DNA of 63,771 nt, filler included, from Octopus bimaculoides (lineage: Eukaryota), in the NCBI RefSeq assembly GCF_001194135.2. It is 8 parts of 8 records of this genome, joined end to end, with 100 filler letters (N's around TTAATTAATTAA, not from the genome) between each part and the next. Parts side by side here need not be neighbours in the genome. Positions count along the whole stretch, not along the records: positions 1 to 10,747 come from NC_068989.1; positions 10,848 to 16,598 come from NC_068996.1; 6 more parts are not named here. One strand, written 5' to 3'. Shown here in pieces: positions 1 through 13,700 of the stretch. A model generated the notes under the pieces. It ran no database searches. It saw nothing but the letters and a program-made list of their open reading frames with translations, and was not told the origin of the DNA. Both the position numbers and the translations under genes were made by a program. Position 1 is the first letter of the stretch; each line of letters begins with the position of its first letter.

Positions 1-42
<42 letters not shown>

Positions 43-2588
43 CCATGCATAACTGTGCAGTCACATGAATGCTAATATTCAATAGCATGTGTTCACAGCA
101 GTGCAAACACAAGTAGATACTTATGTGTGCATTTTCAAAGTCAACAAGATAAATGCATACACATATACACACACTTAAATACAGGCTCCCTCATGATACA
201 AAAATACAACCATGTTCAAGAACCAGCATACATTGAAATGTAAACCTACATAGTATAAATACAAACATGGTAAATTTAACAATTTCTCTACAGTTTGAAA
301 AATGGCAAACAACCTTAACTGATCTTTGAATCTTAGTGGGTTTTCATCACAGGTACCTACATCATTTGATCAATCCTAGAGAAATAAGCAGCCAGCCCTG
401 TTTATATACACAGCAAATCCAGTAGCTACAGAGAACTGGAGCTACTAATTTGCATACCATAAGTCATACATATAAGCAGAAATGTCCATATGTATATATG
501 CAACATATATAGACACAGAGGCAGTCACAAATGCAAAGTTATATCTGCTGACAAATGACAACGCACATTAGTAAAATCAATTTTCTTTCTTGTTTAAGTG
601 TAATATTCTAAGGTAGAAAAATAAGATATCTGATGTGATGGAACAGTAGAAAATTGAGAGTTAGCAATCTGTCATATCCTTTGGTGATCAAGATCTGGGT
701 TGCATAATGAAATATTATCCCTGGAAAATTTTCCTTACAGTCTGGAATAACAATATAAACAATGAAAGAACACAAGCCCACTTCAGAATGTCGGTGCCTA
801 ACAGGTCATCCTGAGCCACTACCCATGTAAACCTAGTAATAGGGGTGAATGTCCCATGAACAACAATTGCCTCCTAAAAAATTTAGCATACTAATGTTCA
901 ATCTGAATACTGGATAACATGTACCATTATATCATAGATAAAGTGGGTAAGTTTGCTACAGTGAATAAATTTAAGTTAAGATAGAGGAGTCACATTAATT
1001 CTTTTAGATATTGGAAGAAGGTGTACAAAATTTTTAATTTCTAATGGTCAATTTCAATATTAACTTTTAATAATTTTTTTTAATTTTTAAGCCTTTAATC
1101 TTCAAGGTTTCTTGGAAAGGTATATATTTTTTAATATTCTAACATTTCATTTTGGATACCACAGTTTATATATTATTTATCCCAATATCCCATCTTTGCA
1201 TGTTTTGTTCCGAAGTAGCTGTGTGAACCATCCTTCATTCATTTATATATTTACAATTGTGGCTTTTATATATAGCCTTTAATTTATTGCTTTATAATTA
1301 CTTCAACCAACACATAATAGAGTTTTTGCCAAATTCTGGTAATCAAGGCAAAGAGTTTTCATTGCATGATGTAATGCCCAGAGGGGATATTTTCTTCCTA
1401 CTGGCAATGCAGGTGGGATTTTTTTTTTTTTTGTGCTTATCACTGGGTTCACAACAGCTAAAGAAGTGCAGTGATTATCATATCATTGATATAGAAACTT
1501 GAAGTTTTGTATGCAAGTTTTTATAGCTGTATCATTCAATAAAGATTATATATATCTATACATATTGTAAAGCTGAGTTTGTGAGTGTGTGTGTGTGTGT
1601 ATGTGTGTGTGTGTGTGTGTGTTGCATCTATAGAAATCCACACCTTACAAGATAGCAATCTGGGAGTCGCACCAATGGATTCCTCATGGTCGAAAATGCC
1701 TGGAATCGGCCATTTATTATTTTTTTTATTGCTTCCTAAGACATGAAGTCTACTGTGTGTCTGACAATATATGCCTAGGTTGCAAATGAAAGTGTGAGGG
1801 GGCTGTGGCTGTATGCATGGTGACCGCATTTTATTGGTTAATTTTCAGTCATCATCAACCAATGAACGATAGCTTGGTATGCAGCTGTCTTTGAGTATTT
1901 TGTGTTACTCATATTCACCTTCTCTTTGTTGCATGGTATGTCATTTTAGATTTGCTAATGATTTTCTAAAAATTAATATTATTTATATTTTTTTAAATAC
2001 ATTTCTTTATAGTACACCTTATACTACCTGCTGTTCAGTATCTCTTCATAAGCAAATGTGACAATTATTATTGATTTTATCGTACATTTATTAAGTCACA
2101 CTATTTCAATTGGTTGGCATTTGGGTGTCACTTTATTAGAGGCTGCCACACAATTAGGAGAAATATGGTACATATATAAAATATTACAAGCGTTACCTTA
2201 AAATGCACAAAACTAGAATTGAAAAATGCGCACGCTCAAAAGGGTTACAGAATGTCATAATAAACCTTAAAACATGTGGGGCTAGCATTTTTGCTCAAAA
2301 ATACTGGAATCACTATATGTTGTACATTCAGTGGCATCCTTTTATCACAAGAAATTTGTTTAGTTAATCAAAATTAAGTTATATTAAAAATTAATGAAGT
2401 TAAATTATCGTATACTCAATTTAAAAAAAACCAATTGTGTACAAATACTAATGCCATCTTTAGGCAATAATTCAATCTATGAATGAAAATTTTTATAAAT
2501 TTACAAGTAATCAATCAAAAATAATTTAGCAATAATTTGTCTAATTTGTGTAACTATTCCATTGATATGTGTATCATAATGCAAATTA

Positions 2589-4854
2589 CACTGGTCAACA
2601 GCCAATTTTCATCAGGGATATTATATGGTGTTTTATATGTAGTTTTGTCCGCAGATTTCAAAAATGTAATCGGTTTCCTTCTATCAGGCACAGTTTCTCT
2701 GATGAGATAAGAGAGGTATATAACTCCCATCAGCAGTATCGCTACACGTAAACGTCTGTTACAGGTAAATTCTGACTTCTGTTTTATAACTATTTGTATT
2801 CATTTTGTAATTTTATGTTTTCATAATATTTTCTTTTCATAAACTTTACTTTCTGTTTAAGGTGCCAAGTTATCATCATCATCATCAAATTCTACTCAGG
2901 ATGTCAAGGCATTGCAATAACAATCCTGATATATTTTATCATGTCTGCGGTTTATTTACCACCAAAGCTCAGCAAACGTGCCATCACAAGTGAAATCAAG
3001 AAGATTTGCCAGTTATACTTTTGCTGCTCTCTTGGGGATCGAGATAAGAGTTGGGCTCCACACATCATCTGCTCAGCTTGTTGAAATGGACTAAGAGATT
3101 GGTTAAATAAGAGGAAGAGAGCAATGCCATTTGCAATACCTATGATATGGAGAGAGCCAAAGGATCATTTCATGGACTGTTATTTCAGCAACGTTAATGT
3201 ATGTAGGTTTACTGTAAAGACCAAGCATAAGACTGTGTATCCCAACTTGGAATCAGCAAGAAGACCAGTACCACACAACGATGATGATCTTCTTATTCCA
3301 ATACCACCAGAAAATGGCCTTCAGATGTCTGATGAAGATGTATTTTCTGAAGAAAATATTACTGCTGTGGAAGACACTGAAGTGGATGTAGATTTCACAA
3401 TTGAAAATGAAGACATACCACAAACATTTTCTCAAGGAGAGTTAAATGATTTAGTTAGAGATGTGTCATTGTCAAAGGATAAAGCTGAACTATTAGCATC
3501 TCGCCTACAAGAAAAGTGTCTACTTAAGAAAGATGTTTGTATTACTCATTTCAGGAAGAGAAATAGGGATCTGACTTCATGCTTCTCTGTTGATGGACCA
3601 CTTCGTTTCAGTAATAACACTGATGAGTTATTTCGCATTTTTTTCCAAGAGCATGTTCCAGCTGAATGCTGCTTATTCATTGCTTCATCTAAGAGAAGCC
3701 TCAAGGCAGTACTACTACACAACGGCAATAAGAAACCATCCATTCCCATAGGACATTCAGTGCACATGAAGGAGTGCTATGATACATGCAAGTACTCATC
3801 AATGCCATAAAGTATACAAATTACAGCTGGAAAATATGTGGAGACTTGAAGGTGATTGGAATGTCGATGGGAATGCAATCTGGGTTCACGAAATATTGTT
3901 GCTTTTTATGCCTATGGGACAGTCGTACAACTAACAAGCACTATGTGCAATCAGAGTGGCCTTTGCAAAAATCATATGAGCTAGGAGTTTCTAGCATCCA
4001 GAGTAAGCCACTTTTAAACCCAGAAAATGTTCTTCTTCCCCCCTCTTCACATAAAGCTTGGCCTCATGAAACAATTCATGAAGACACTTGCTAGGAAAAG
4101 CTCAAAAGGTTTTGAATATGTGAAGGCCAAATTTCCAAAAATCACCGAGGCAAAACTGAAGGAGGGCATATTCATAGGTCTGCAGATAAAAGAACTCCTG
4201 AAGGACAATCACTTCCTCACAGCACTGGATGAGATTGAGCTTAAAGCTTGGGAATCCTTCAGATGGTTCTGTGAAAATTTCCTAGGCAACAAGAGATCTC
4301 AAGAGTTTAGAAATAGAGTGAAATGTCTTTTAGACTCCTACGCTGCAATGGGCTGTCGGATATCACTAAAAGTCCATTTCCTTGATTCACATCTGGACTT
4401 TTTTGCAGAGAACCTTGGAGCAGTGTCTGATGAGCAAGGGAATGCTTTCATCAAGATATTGCATCGATGGAACAATGATACCAAGGATTTTGGAATGCAG
4501 GAATATTAGCTGACTACTGTTGGATGTTATACCTGAGACAAAACACCATAGAAAGTCCAAATCCCAAAGATTTCAAGTTGTTATGCATTTGAGTGTACTG
4601 CAACTAATTTGTACACAATAATTTTAATTTTGTACAATAAAAAGCTATGAAATTATCGTATCTTGTATTCAATATACTTTATATAGACATGCTTTACGTA
4701 TCCTATAAGTTAAAACAGTAGGTATCATTAACATGAAAGTATGACCTGATAGGGGAAATCGGACTTCAGATTCATAATCAGCATCAAAAATTAACACAGA
4801 AAAGTCAATCAGCAATTCTAATGATTAAAAAAAGTTTCATTTTGTTGACCAGTG
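2589..4854 (+). mobile_element. Chapaev3-type (CMC superfamily) DNA transposon, full length, decayed
   Basis: Perfect 12-bp TIRs cactggtcaaca (2589-2600) / tgttgaccagtg (4843-4854), flanked by a TTA duplication (2586-2588, 4855-4857). CAC..GTG ends with a TWA TSD and the internal transposase match Chapaev3 as I recall the family. Confidence 0.85.
2901..4620 (+). pseudogene. Chapaev3-type transposase pseudogene (frameshifts and stops; ORF pieces 3124-3810, 3786-4094, 4027-4509)
   Basis: ATG at 2901 gives MSRHCNNNPDIFYHVCG, then LGDRDKSWAPHIICSAC, WREPKDHFMDCYF, KYCCFLCLWDSR, PPLHIKLGLMKQF and KVHFLDSHLDFFAENLGAVSDEQG. The Cys/His N-terminal region and C-terminal motifs are typical of this family. 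Confidence 0.85.
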
Positions 4855-5277
4855 TTATCTTTGCTTATAATTATTTCAGTTTTATACATTCACCGTTATA
4901 TAGATTTAACTTCATTATAAATCCAGTTTTTTTAATTATCATGATAATTTGCATGCAGTATGAAATAGGTTTTTTATATACTTTGATATGAAGAGTATTA
5001 TAATGAATTTACTTATTCAAAGTTAATGATCATATTTTATGCATTTTCAAATTTTTATATTAAGAACTTGGTTTAATAATTATTGTGACATCGTAATTCA
5101 CACATGGGTCTATTTTCATTTTCAGATGCCACAGAATGTACAACATATAGTGATTCCAATATTTTTGAGCAACGATGTTAGTCCCATACGTTTTTAAGGT
5201 TTATTATGATATTCTGCAACCCTTTTGCATGTGCACATATTTCAATTCTAGTATATATATGGCTTTTGTTAAGTTGG

Positions 5278-6660
5278 AGAAACTTTTGACAGGGTCCCCA
5301 GATCTCTTATCTGGTGGTGAATGATGAAACTAGGGATAGACGAGTGGTTATTGAGAGCCAATACAAACCATGTACAGGGATGCTACCAGTAAGGTGAGGG
5401 TGGGCAATGAGTACAGTAAAGAATTCAGGGTACAAGTAGGGGGTTCACTAAGAATTGGTGCTTAGCTCTCTCTTGTTCATCATAGTCCTCCAAGCAATAA
5501 CAGAAGAATTCAAGACAGGCTGCTCCTGAGAGCTCCTCTATGCTGATGACCTTGCTCTTGTAGCTGAATCACTACCTGAACTAGAGAAGTTCCAAGTATG
5601 GAAGCAAGGTCTAAAATCAAAGGGCCTTAAAGTTAACCTAGCAAAAATCAAAGTCTTAGTAAGTAGGAAGGCAGACAAATCACAAATCCCTTCAGGTAGA
5701 TGGCCCTGCTCAATCTGTAGAAAAGGTGTAGGTAGAAACTCCATAAGATGCACCCAGTGAAAGCTTTGGACACATAAAAGGTGCAGCAACATCAGAAGAA
5801 GGTTAACAGGAAAACTGACTTTTGTATGTGGAAGGTACACAGGTACAATAAACACTGAAAATATGCAGAAAATAGACTCTATCAACTGCCAGCGGGGAGG
5901 GACAAGCTAGAGATAGTAGATAGCTTCCAAGTTTGTAGTGGAGGTGGATGCTCTGAGAGCATAGCTGTGAGAATAAGACTAGGCTGGGCAAAATTCAGAG
6001 AGCTCCTACCCCAGCTGGCTACAAAGGGTCTCTCTCTGTCTCTATCTCTCTCAGAGTGAAAGGCAGATTATTTGATGCCTGTGTGCAAACAGCTATGCTG
6101 CATTGCAGTGAAACATGGGCTATGACAGCTGAGAATATGTGTAGGGCTGAAAGAAATGAAGTCAGTATGCTTCACTAGATGTGCAATGCCAGTGTGCATG
6201 TTCGACTGAGTGTAAGCATCTTGAGAGAGAAGTTAGGCATAAGAGAAATCAGATGTGGTGTGCAAGAGAGATGACTGCGCTGGTATGGTCATGTGATGTG
6301 TATGGATAAGGGCAGCTGTGTAAAGAAATGCTGATCTCTAACTGTGGAGAGAATCTGTGGGAGAGGTAGATCCAGGAAGACATGGGATGAGGTGCTGAAG
6401 CATAATCTTCGAACTCTGAGCCTCACAAAAACAATGACTGATGACTGAAACCTTTGGCGAAGTGCTGTGCTTGAGAGGACCCATCAAGCCAAGTGCACCT
6501 GTGCTGGTGGCATGTAAAGAACATCTTTTGAACGTTGGGCCTCACGGAGGCAAAGTGGCTGAGTTCCTTTCAAATGTTGGGCTTCGTGAAGGCAATGACC
6601 AGGACTTTTGGCATTATGTCGTGCTTGAGAAAAAGAACCATCAAGCCGAGCAAAATTGCA
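5278..6660 (+). mobile_element. RTE-clade LINE, 5'-truncated, decayed RT and 3' UTR
   Basis: Translates to FDRVPRSLIWW...SVLS.LLFIIVLQAITEEFKTG...ELLYADDLALVAES...SETW...LRWYGHV; colinear with the longer copy at 52870-55290. Confidence 0.9.
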
Positions 6661-6745
6661 GTCATAGCAGATACTAGTGTCATGCAAATTGGCACCCATG
6701 CAGGTGATATGTAAACACACCCCAGTGTCACACAAATCGCATGTA

Positions 6746-6892
6746 AAATTTATGAATACTTTTGAGTATATACCAAACTTTTACCTCAATAGGTGGAAGG
6801 TATGTACCATTGAGGGTACATACTGCAATAGGTATATACTGTATACTATTGTGGTAAAAGTTTGGTATATACTCAAAAGTATTCATAAATTT
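6746..6892. repeat. MITE-like fold-back with perfect 40-bp inverted arms
   Basis: 6746-6785 aaatttatgaatacttttgagtatataccaaacttttacc is the exact reverse complement of 6853-6892; inner 9-bp hairpin gtatgtacc/ggtacatac. Confidence 0.85.
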
Positions 6893-7528
6893 CTATACTT
6901 TTGTTAAAATATTCTTCTTTAGCCCTAAACTTTAACTGCATACAATATAGCAACATTGTTTAAAACATTTAACTATAGTACTACATGATAAGACCTCTGT
7001 TTCATTACCAATGGTCTGCTAATGGGCGACCCCTTTAGTTGTCAGTTAACATCTTGTTTGAAGTTTTCCTTTACCAAACCGCATGATATTGCTTCTAATA
7101 AATCTTGATTTTTATGGCTATACCAACTATGATTTCTGTCTGCTCCCTCAGCCCTACCCCTAACAGATACTGCCCTTGATTCTCTCAGCCTTAGATATAC
7201 AAGGATTTGATAAACTAGTCTATAAATTAAAACTGACCCCATAAAAACAAATAAAATCAGTGATAGGCAGAGTCTTCTTGATAATTTAGTGACTTCTATG
7301 CTAAAGTGAAGATAACATGTTCTTTGTCTATCTCCTTAACTTCTTGGAGATTTTAGGTAAAATTATACTAATGTATCCATCTGTTCTAATTTAATTAAAT
7401 TCTGTTTTTGTGCAGCTGAGGATTGCTCTGCATTTTAAATTGATGTAATGATTGCATTGTTCAGTTAAATAGAGTTGCATGAAACGATCGTACTGCATTA
7501 CTTCTAGATATCCTTGTTGCTTATTTTG

Positions 7529-7587
<59 letters not shown>

Positions 7588-8076
7588 CATACACAAATGC
7601 ACATACACATACACACACATATGTACACACATATACAAAGAAGGAAACTAGGAATTGAAAAGATCCAGGCAAATACCTCAGCGCACAATGTATATACCCC
7701 CATTCAGGGTATATACTGTAAACCTGATGTTATTCACCAATTGGTAGGTTGGTTCATTAATTATGGAAGGTAACGGCAACGGGACAAAGAATGAATTATA
7801 TTCTTACATAATATATTTGCTTACATACGTTTCAAAAAGCTTGATCAACTGTATCCGCATTATACAAATGTATTTGTGAATAACTGACAGATTAATTAAT
7901 CAATCGATTAATGGAACAGTAATCATGCAGTACCTTCTCTTGTCACTTAAAACTATTCTGTTAGATTTTACAAAAACTGCTACAAGCTTTGATTAATTAA
8001 TTGATCAATTTTGTATACAAACCATTGTATAATATGGGTTAGGGTTACTAACGTTTTTTGTAAAATGTGTAAGCAT

Positions 8077-8237
8077 AAGCACAGGTGTGACTGTGTGGTA
8101 AGAAGATTGATTCCCGATCACATGGTTCTGGGTTCAGTCCCACTGCATAGAAACTTGGGCAAGTGTTGTCTACTATAGCTTCAGACCGACCAATGTCTTG
8201 TGAGCAAATTTGGTAGGTGGAAACTGAAAGAAGCCTG

Positions 8238-8330
<93 letters not shown>

Positions 8331-8500
8331 TTCGTATCTGTGTTTATCCCCACTCCACTTGTCAACTGATGTCAGTGTGTTTGCGTCCCCAATAGAATGG
8401 GTACCAGGCTTACAAAGAAAAAGTCCAGGGGGTGATTTCGTTGACTAAAAACGGTGCTCCAGCATGGCCCCAGTCAAATGACTGAAACAAGTAAAAGAAT
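8077..8500 (+). mobile_element. tRNA-headed SINE family A, near full length, with internal (TA)n(TG)n
   Basis: A-box-like gtgactgtgtggtaag, B-box-like gggttcagtccc, body ttgggcaagtg...ggaaactgaaagaagcc, internal microsatellite, 3' tail ggtgctccagcatggcc..gactgaaacaagtaaaaga; about 10 related copies in the window. Confidence 0.85.
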
Positions 8501-8659
8501 ACAATAAAAACAAGTTAGGTAAAATTATAATTCATCAGTTCTTAGTAACCATATCTATATAAACACATATATATACACACATACATATATACACACACAC
8601 ACACAGACAAATATATATACATACACACACATATATATACACATACATATATACACAAT

Positions 8660-10710
8660 TCAGGAGTGTCTTCACTTCTCCTCTGAGTTACATGCAGATA
8701 AAGAACCCAGCTGATTTCTTTGACAATATCACTCAGCAGAAAAAGACTTACATTGACATTGAAGAGGAAGATGTAATAGCTGCCATAAACGAAATGAGCT
8801 CAAATTTGGCAACTGGCCCCAATGGTTTCCCAGCTGTCCTCTTAAAGTTGTGTAAACAAGAATTAGCGGGACCACTCCGGATAGTCTTCCAGAGTTTCCT
8901 TGCAAGTGGTAAACTTCCCAAAAAGCTGAAGGAAGGTACTATATGTCCTATCCATAAAGGTGGAAGCAGAGCAGAGGCTGGGAACTACAGGCCCATCTCT
9001 CTGACTTCACATATTAGCAAAGTCATGGNNNNNNNNNNNNNNNNNNNNNNNNNNNNNNNNNNNNNNNNNNNNNNNNNNNNNNNNNNNNNNNNNNNNNNNN
9101 NNNNNNNNNNNNNNNNNNNNNNNNNNNNNNNNNNNNNNNNNNNNNNNNNNNNNNNNNNNNNNNNNNNNNNNNNNNNNNNNNNNNNNNNNNNNNNNNNNNN
9201 NNNNNNNNNNNNNNNNNNNNNNNNNNNNNNNNNNNNNNNNNNNNNNNNNNNNNNNNNNNNNNNNNNNNNNNNNNNNNNNNNNNNNNNNNNNNNNNNNNNN
9301 NNNNNNNNNNNNNNNNNNNNNNNNNNNNNNNNNNNNNNNNNNNNNNNNNNNNNNNNNNNNNNNNNNNNNNNNNNNNNNNNNNNNNNNNNNNNNNNNNNNN
9401 NNNNNNNNNNNNNNNNNNNNNNNNNNNNNNNNNNNNNNNNNNNNNNNNNNNNNNNNNNNNNNNNNNNNNNNNNNNNNNNNNNNNNNNNNNNNNNNNNNNN
9501 NNNNNNNNNNNNNNNNNNNNNNNNNNNNNNNNNNNNNNNNNNNNNNNNNNNNNNNNNNNNNNNNNNNNNNNNNNNNNNNNNNNNNNNNNNNNNNNNNNNN
9601 NNNNNNNNNNNNNNNNNNNNNNNNNNNNNNNNNNNNNNNNNNNNNNNNNNNNNNNNNNNNNNNNNNNNNNNNNNNNNNNNNNNNNNNNNNNNNNNNNNNN
9701 NNNNNNNNNNNNNNNNNNNNNNNNNNNNNNNNNNNNNNNNNNNNNNNNNNNNNNNNNNNNNNNNNNNNNNNNNNNNNNNNNNNNNNNNNNNNNNNNNNNN
9801 NNNNNNNNNNNNNNNNNNNNNNNNNNNNNNNNNNNNNNNNNNNNNNNNNNNNNNNNNNNNNNNNNNNNNNNNNNNNNNNNNNNNNNNNNNNNNNNNNNNN
9901 NNNNNNNNNNNNNNNNNAGTGATGCATCATTTCACATGCACACTGTCAAGTTGACAGCAAAGTGCAGACAACTGGCACGGTGGATACTGAGGACATTCTG
10001 AACAAGGGATCAAAAAGTCATGTTGACTCTATGGAAGACATTTGTTCTGAGCCGCCTAGACTATTGCTCTCAGTTGTGGTCACCACACAGTGTCAAGCGG
10101 ACAGCAGAACTCAAGGCAATTCAGCATCACTATACAAAAAACATGGCCACAGTCCAACAGATGAACTACAGGGAGCGAGTGAAGGCACTAGGTCTCTAAT
10201 CCCTGGAGCACAGGTGGAAGAGATATGTAATAATATACATATGGAAAATACTGGAAGGACTGGTGCCAAACTTTGGCATCAAGTACTACAAGAATGCCCG
10301 CACAGGTCGCCACTGCATGGTACCAAAGGAACCATCCACTGCATCTCACATAAGAACGGGGTACTGCGGCAGCCTCGGTTTCAGAGGACCTCAGCTCTTT
10401 AATGCCCTGCCAAAACATTTGAGAGACCTGCAAGACATGGGTATAGAGGTCTTCAAGACAAAACTTGACGCTTTCCTCTCCACGATACCAGACAAACCAA
10501 TGGCTCAAACTAAGACACAGTTTAGGGCAGCGATGTCAAATTCTCTTATACACCATATGTGCCATCAAAACTCTTGATTGGACTATATCAGGTGGAGGAG
10601 AAGAGCCATGCAAGGAACGTGAAAAGAGCACAGCATAAAGACGGAAAATCACGGTGGTGCTCCAGCATGACCACAGCCACTTGGCTGAAACCCATAAATG
10701 GATAAATAAA
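8660..10710 (+). mobile_element. CR1-group LINE, 5'-truncated, RT interrupted by assembly gap, with 3' end
   Basis: ATGPNGFPAVLLK...CPIHKGGSRAEAGNYRPISLTSHISKVM before the gap; after it SLGFRGPQLFNALP...FKTKLDAFLSTIPD.P...SNSL, then a 3' tail ending in (aaat)n. Confidence 0.88.
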
Positions 10711-10857
10711 TACATACATATATATGTGTAGATATATATATATATATNNNNNNNNNNNNNNNNNNNNNNNNNNNNNNNNNNNNNNNNNNNNTTAATTAAT
10801 TAANNNNNNNNNNNNNNNNNNNNNNNNNNNNNNNNNNNNNNNNNNNNCATTCAGTAG

Positions 10858-10911
<54 letters not shown>

Positions 10912-10930
10912 CATTATTATTATTATTATA

Positions 10931-11442
10931 GCGTGAAAGAGCAGAGCATGCTACCAACGTAACACTGGGTAGGAATATATGAAGTCCAATGACAACCCGT
11001 CTGACAAGTGTACACTAGGAACATGTATCACGGCCATATGCGGGCGACATGGTGACTTTATATCAATATAAAAACAGCACATTATTTTGCAGGTAAGTCC
11101 CAATTAGGATTTTCTGCAGGTCGTGTAACCCATCCTGCTCTAGAGGTTCCCTGAATACGGTTTGTTTAAGGATCATGAACAAAACACCTACGCCTCTAGA
11201 GGTGAATCATTGAAGCCTCAAAGAATTCCTTTCTACGCATGGCAGTGATGCACACATTGTTAGCCACTGACAGACATGCTCTACTGGTTAAGGTGAAGCA
11301 ACTAACAGGCAAATCGGTGGTATTAAGCAGAATATTTGCTGTAGCCATTTTTTATACCAAGACAAAACAATGTACGTGATTACACTTCCAATCAATTAAA
11401 ATCAGAAGCCATGAGAGCCACAGCCTGGTACATCGTCCTGGC

Positions 11443-11446
<4 letters not shown>
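10931..11446 (-). mobile_element. Non-coding ~520-bp interspersed element embedded in (TAA)n
   Basis: Flanked by (TTA)n at 10858-10929 and 11445-11500; second, truncated, oppositely oriented copy at 62727-62987. Strand inferred from (AAT)n tail polarity. Confidence 0.75.
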
Positions 11447-11501
<55 letters not shown>

Positions 11502-11905
11502 AAACACTTGATTGGATGAATATTTAGAGAGCCAAAATGTAGCTTAATCTGAATCCTGCACTTTACCTGCTGCGTTGAAATCTCGGCGAGTCGGCTTTAC
11601 CTTTCATCCCTCCGGGTATTAATTATAGTCAGGTAACAATCAGGTAATAGCTTCAATTGTATTGACTATCAATTCAGTCGCAAATTATAGGATCCGTTCG
11701 TAAATTAAGAACATTTTTTTTAAATATATAAATAGACATGTCTCTGAATAATTTTATGACATAGAGAGTGACGTTAAGCACAAATGCAAAATAACTTGCC
11801 AGGCAATCTAAGGTAATATCCAGAAATATACAGTGATGAATTGAATGTTTAGAAAGATTCCTTAGTGCTCTATATATAAGACTGATTAAGTGACTTATAG
11901 TTAAC

Positions 11906-11939
<34 letters not shown>

Positions 11940-12353
11940 GTGATGGAAGAGTAGGGGAAGTAGGAGGAAAAGAAAAGCAGTGGTTGAAATCGTGGTGGTG
12001 ATAGCGGTGGTGAGTCGATGATATGTTAACGAGAATGGCGTCGTGTAGTAAGAGAAATTATACAGAAATAGGAGAATGGTTAAATGAACAGATTGAGAAA
12101 GACAGAGATATTGTTGGACAGTGTGTAGTTGACTAGCAAAAGTTTATTGGAAAATATGATGCGGGACTACACGAAGCGATCTGAAAGGTTATGTATATTT
12201 GTGTACGAGAAGGTTGGATCTGTCTTGTGTATAGAGACGCATGCATAAGCGTATATGCATACATGTATTTGTGTGTGTGTGAATATGTATTTCCGTGTGC
12301 TTATGTGCGTGCAAGAGAAAGTGCGAGAGAGCGAGAGAGAGAGAGAGAGAGAG

Positions 12354-12409
<56 letters not shown>

Positions 12410-13356
12410 CGTGCGTGTGTGTTGTAAGTATACGTGTAGGAATGTATGTATTTAGGTTGCATACATATAAACACGTATAGACTAACATAACATATATTCA
12501 CGTTAGCTTCTGCTTGTTAGTGTGTGCAGCTGTGTTTGTATTTAGGCGTGCAAGATTGTGTCAGCGTGCACGCATCTGTGCTCCGGCGTGCGTGCTTCTG
12601 CTGAACAGAGGTTTATTTCAGTGTGTGTAAAGATCAGTTCGTACAGTTGTATTTGCTTATTTGTTTCTTTATTTGTTCCTTTATCTGTTTATTTGATCAT
12701 CCGTTCGTTCGTTTATTTGTGTCTGAATATGTGCTGAAGGTGTTAGACGAACATATATAAAAAAGCAATAGTTTTCAAGAAAGGAAAACGAGGAACTGAT
12801 GTCGGAGACTAGCTGAAAAAGACAGTGAAAAGATGTTGAAATATATAGAGAAGTTGGAAAGAGATAATGATGAACGTAGTAAATGAATGATAGAAGGCGA
12901 GACAAAGAAAGTGAAGGTGAATGTGAGTAAAGGAAAGATTGATGAAGAAAATGAAAGTGATTAACTATAAAACGACTCAGAAACAATAGCAATGGTAAAG
13001 GATCATATAAGTGTTTAACGGAAAGAGACAAACAGAAGGAATAAAATAGAATGAACTGTTAGAAAACTGAAACATAGCGATAAAAACTGGTATGAAAGAT
13101 ACAAAATAATAAATAACTGGTGAGTAGAATACATGCATATAGAATTAGTATAAATGATATACAAACTAGTAAAAGAAATAGAACAGAGTTATCAGAGAAA
13201 TCAGTAAAAAACTTAAGCAAAGAACCAGTAGCATATATAAAGAGATACAATAAAATGGGAAAATAAACGTTTATTTATAAAATGTTATGAAATGAAAGCT
13301 AGACACAGAGATTTGAGTGTATACTTATACATACATACATACATACATACATACAT

Positions 13357-13393
<37 letters not shown>

Positions 13394-13656
13394 NNNNNNN
13401 NNNNNNNNNNNNNNNNNNNNNNNNNNNNNNNNNNNNNNNNNNNNNNNNNNNNNNNNNNNNNNNNNNNNNNNNNNNNNNNNNNNNNNNNNNNNNNNNNNNN
13501 NNNNNNNNNNNNNNNNNNNNNNNNNNNNNNNNNNNNNNNNNNNNNNNNNNNNNNNNNNNNNNNNNNNNNNNNNNNNNNNNNNNNNNNNNNNNNNNNNNNN
13601 NNNNNNNNNNNNNNNNNNNNNNNNNNNNNNNNNNNNNNNNNNNNNNNNNNNNNNNN

Positions 13657-13696
<40 letters not shown>

Positions 13697-13700
<4 letters not shown>

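Larger units (their letters stand above)
2212..5252. mobile_element. Non-autonomous DNA transposon with ~127-bp imperfect TIRs (about 770 bp once the nested Chapaev3 insertion is removed)
   Basis: 2212-2338 (actagaattgaaaaatgcgcac...cattcagtggcatc) is the reverse complement, with scattered mismatches, of 5125-5252 (gatgccacagaatgtac...atttcaattctagt). TSD unclear (TA on the right, AA on the left); superfamily not assigned. Confidence 0.8.

Noticed and set aside
727-810. Strong acceptor ttttccttacag at ~740 followed by a short open frame
   Set aside because: A single splice-like site with no recognisable peptide or partner exon; expected by chance in AT-rich DNA.
12700-13290. Purine-rich A/G tract with many stop codons, and the TG-rich tract at 24540-25130
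   Set aside because: Cryptic low-complexity sequence with no periodicity, ORF or structure I could define.
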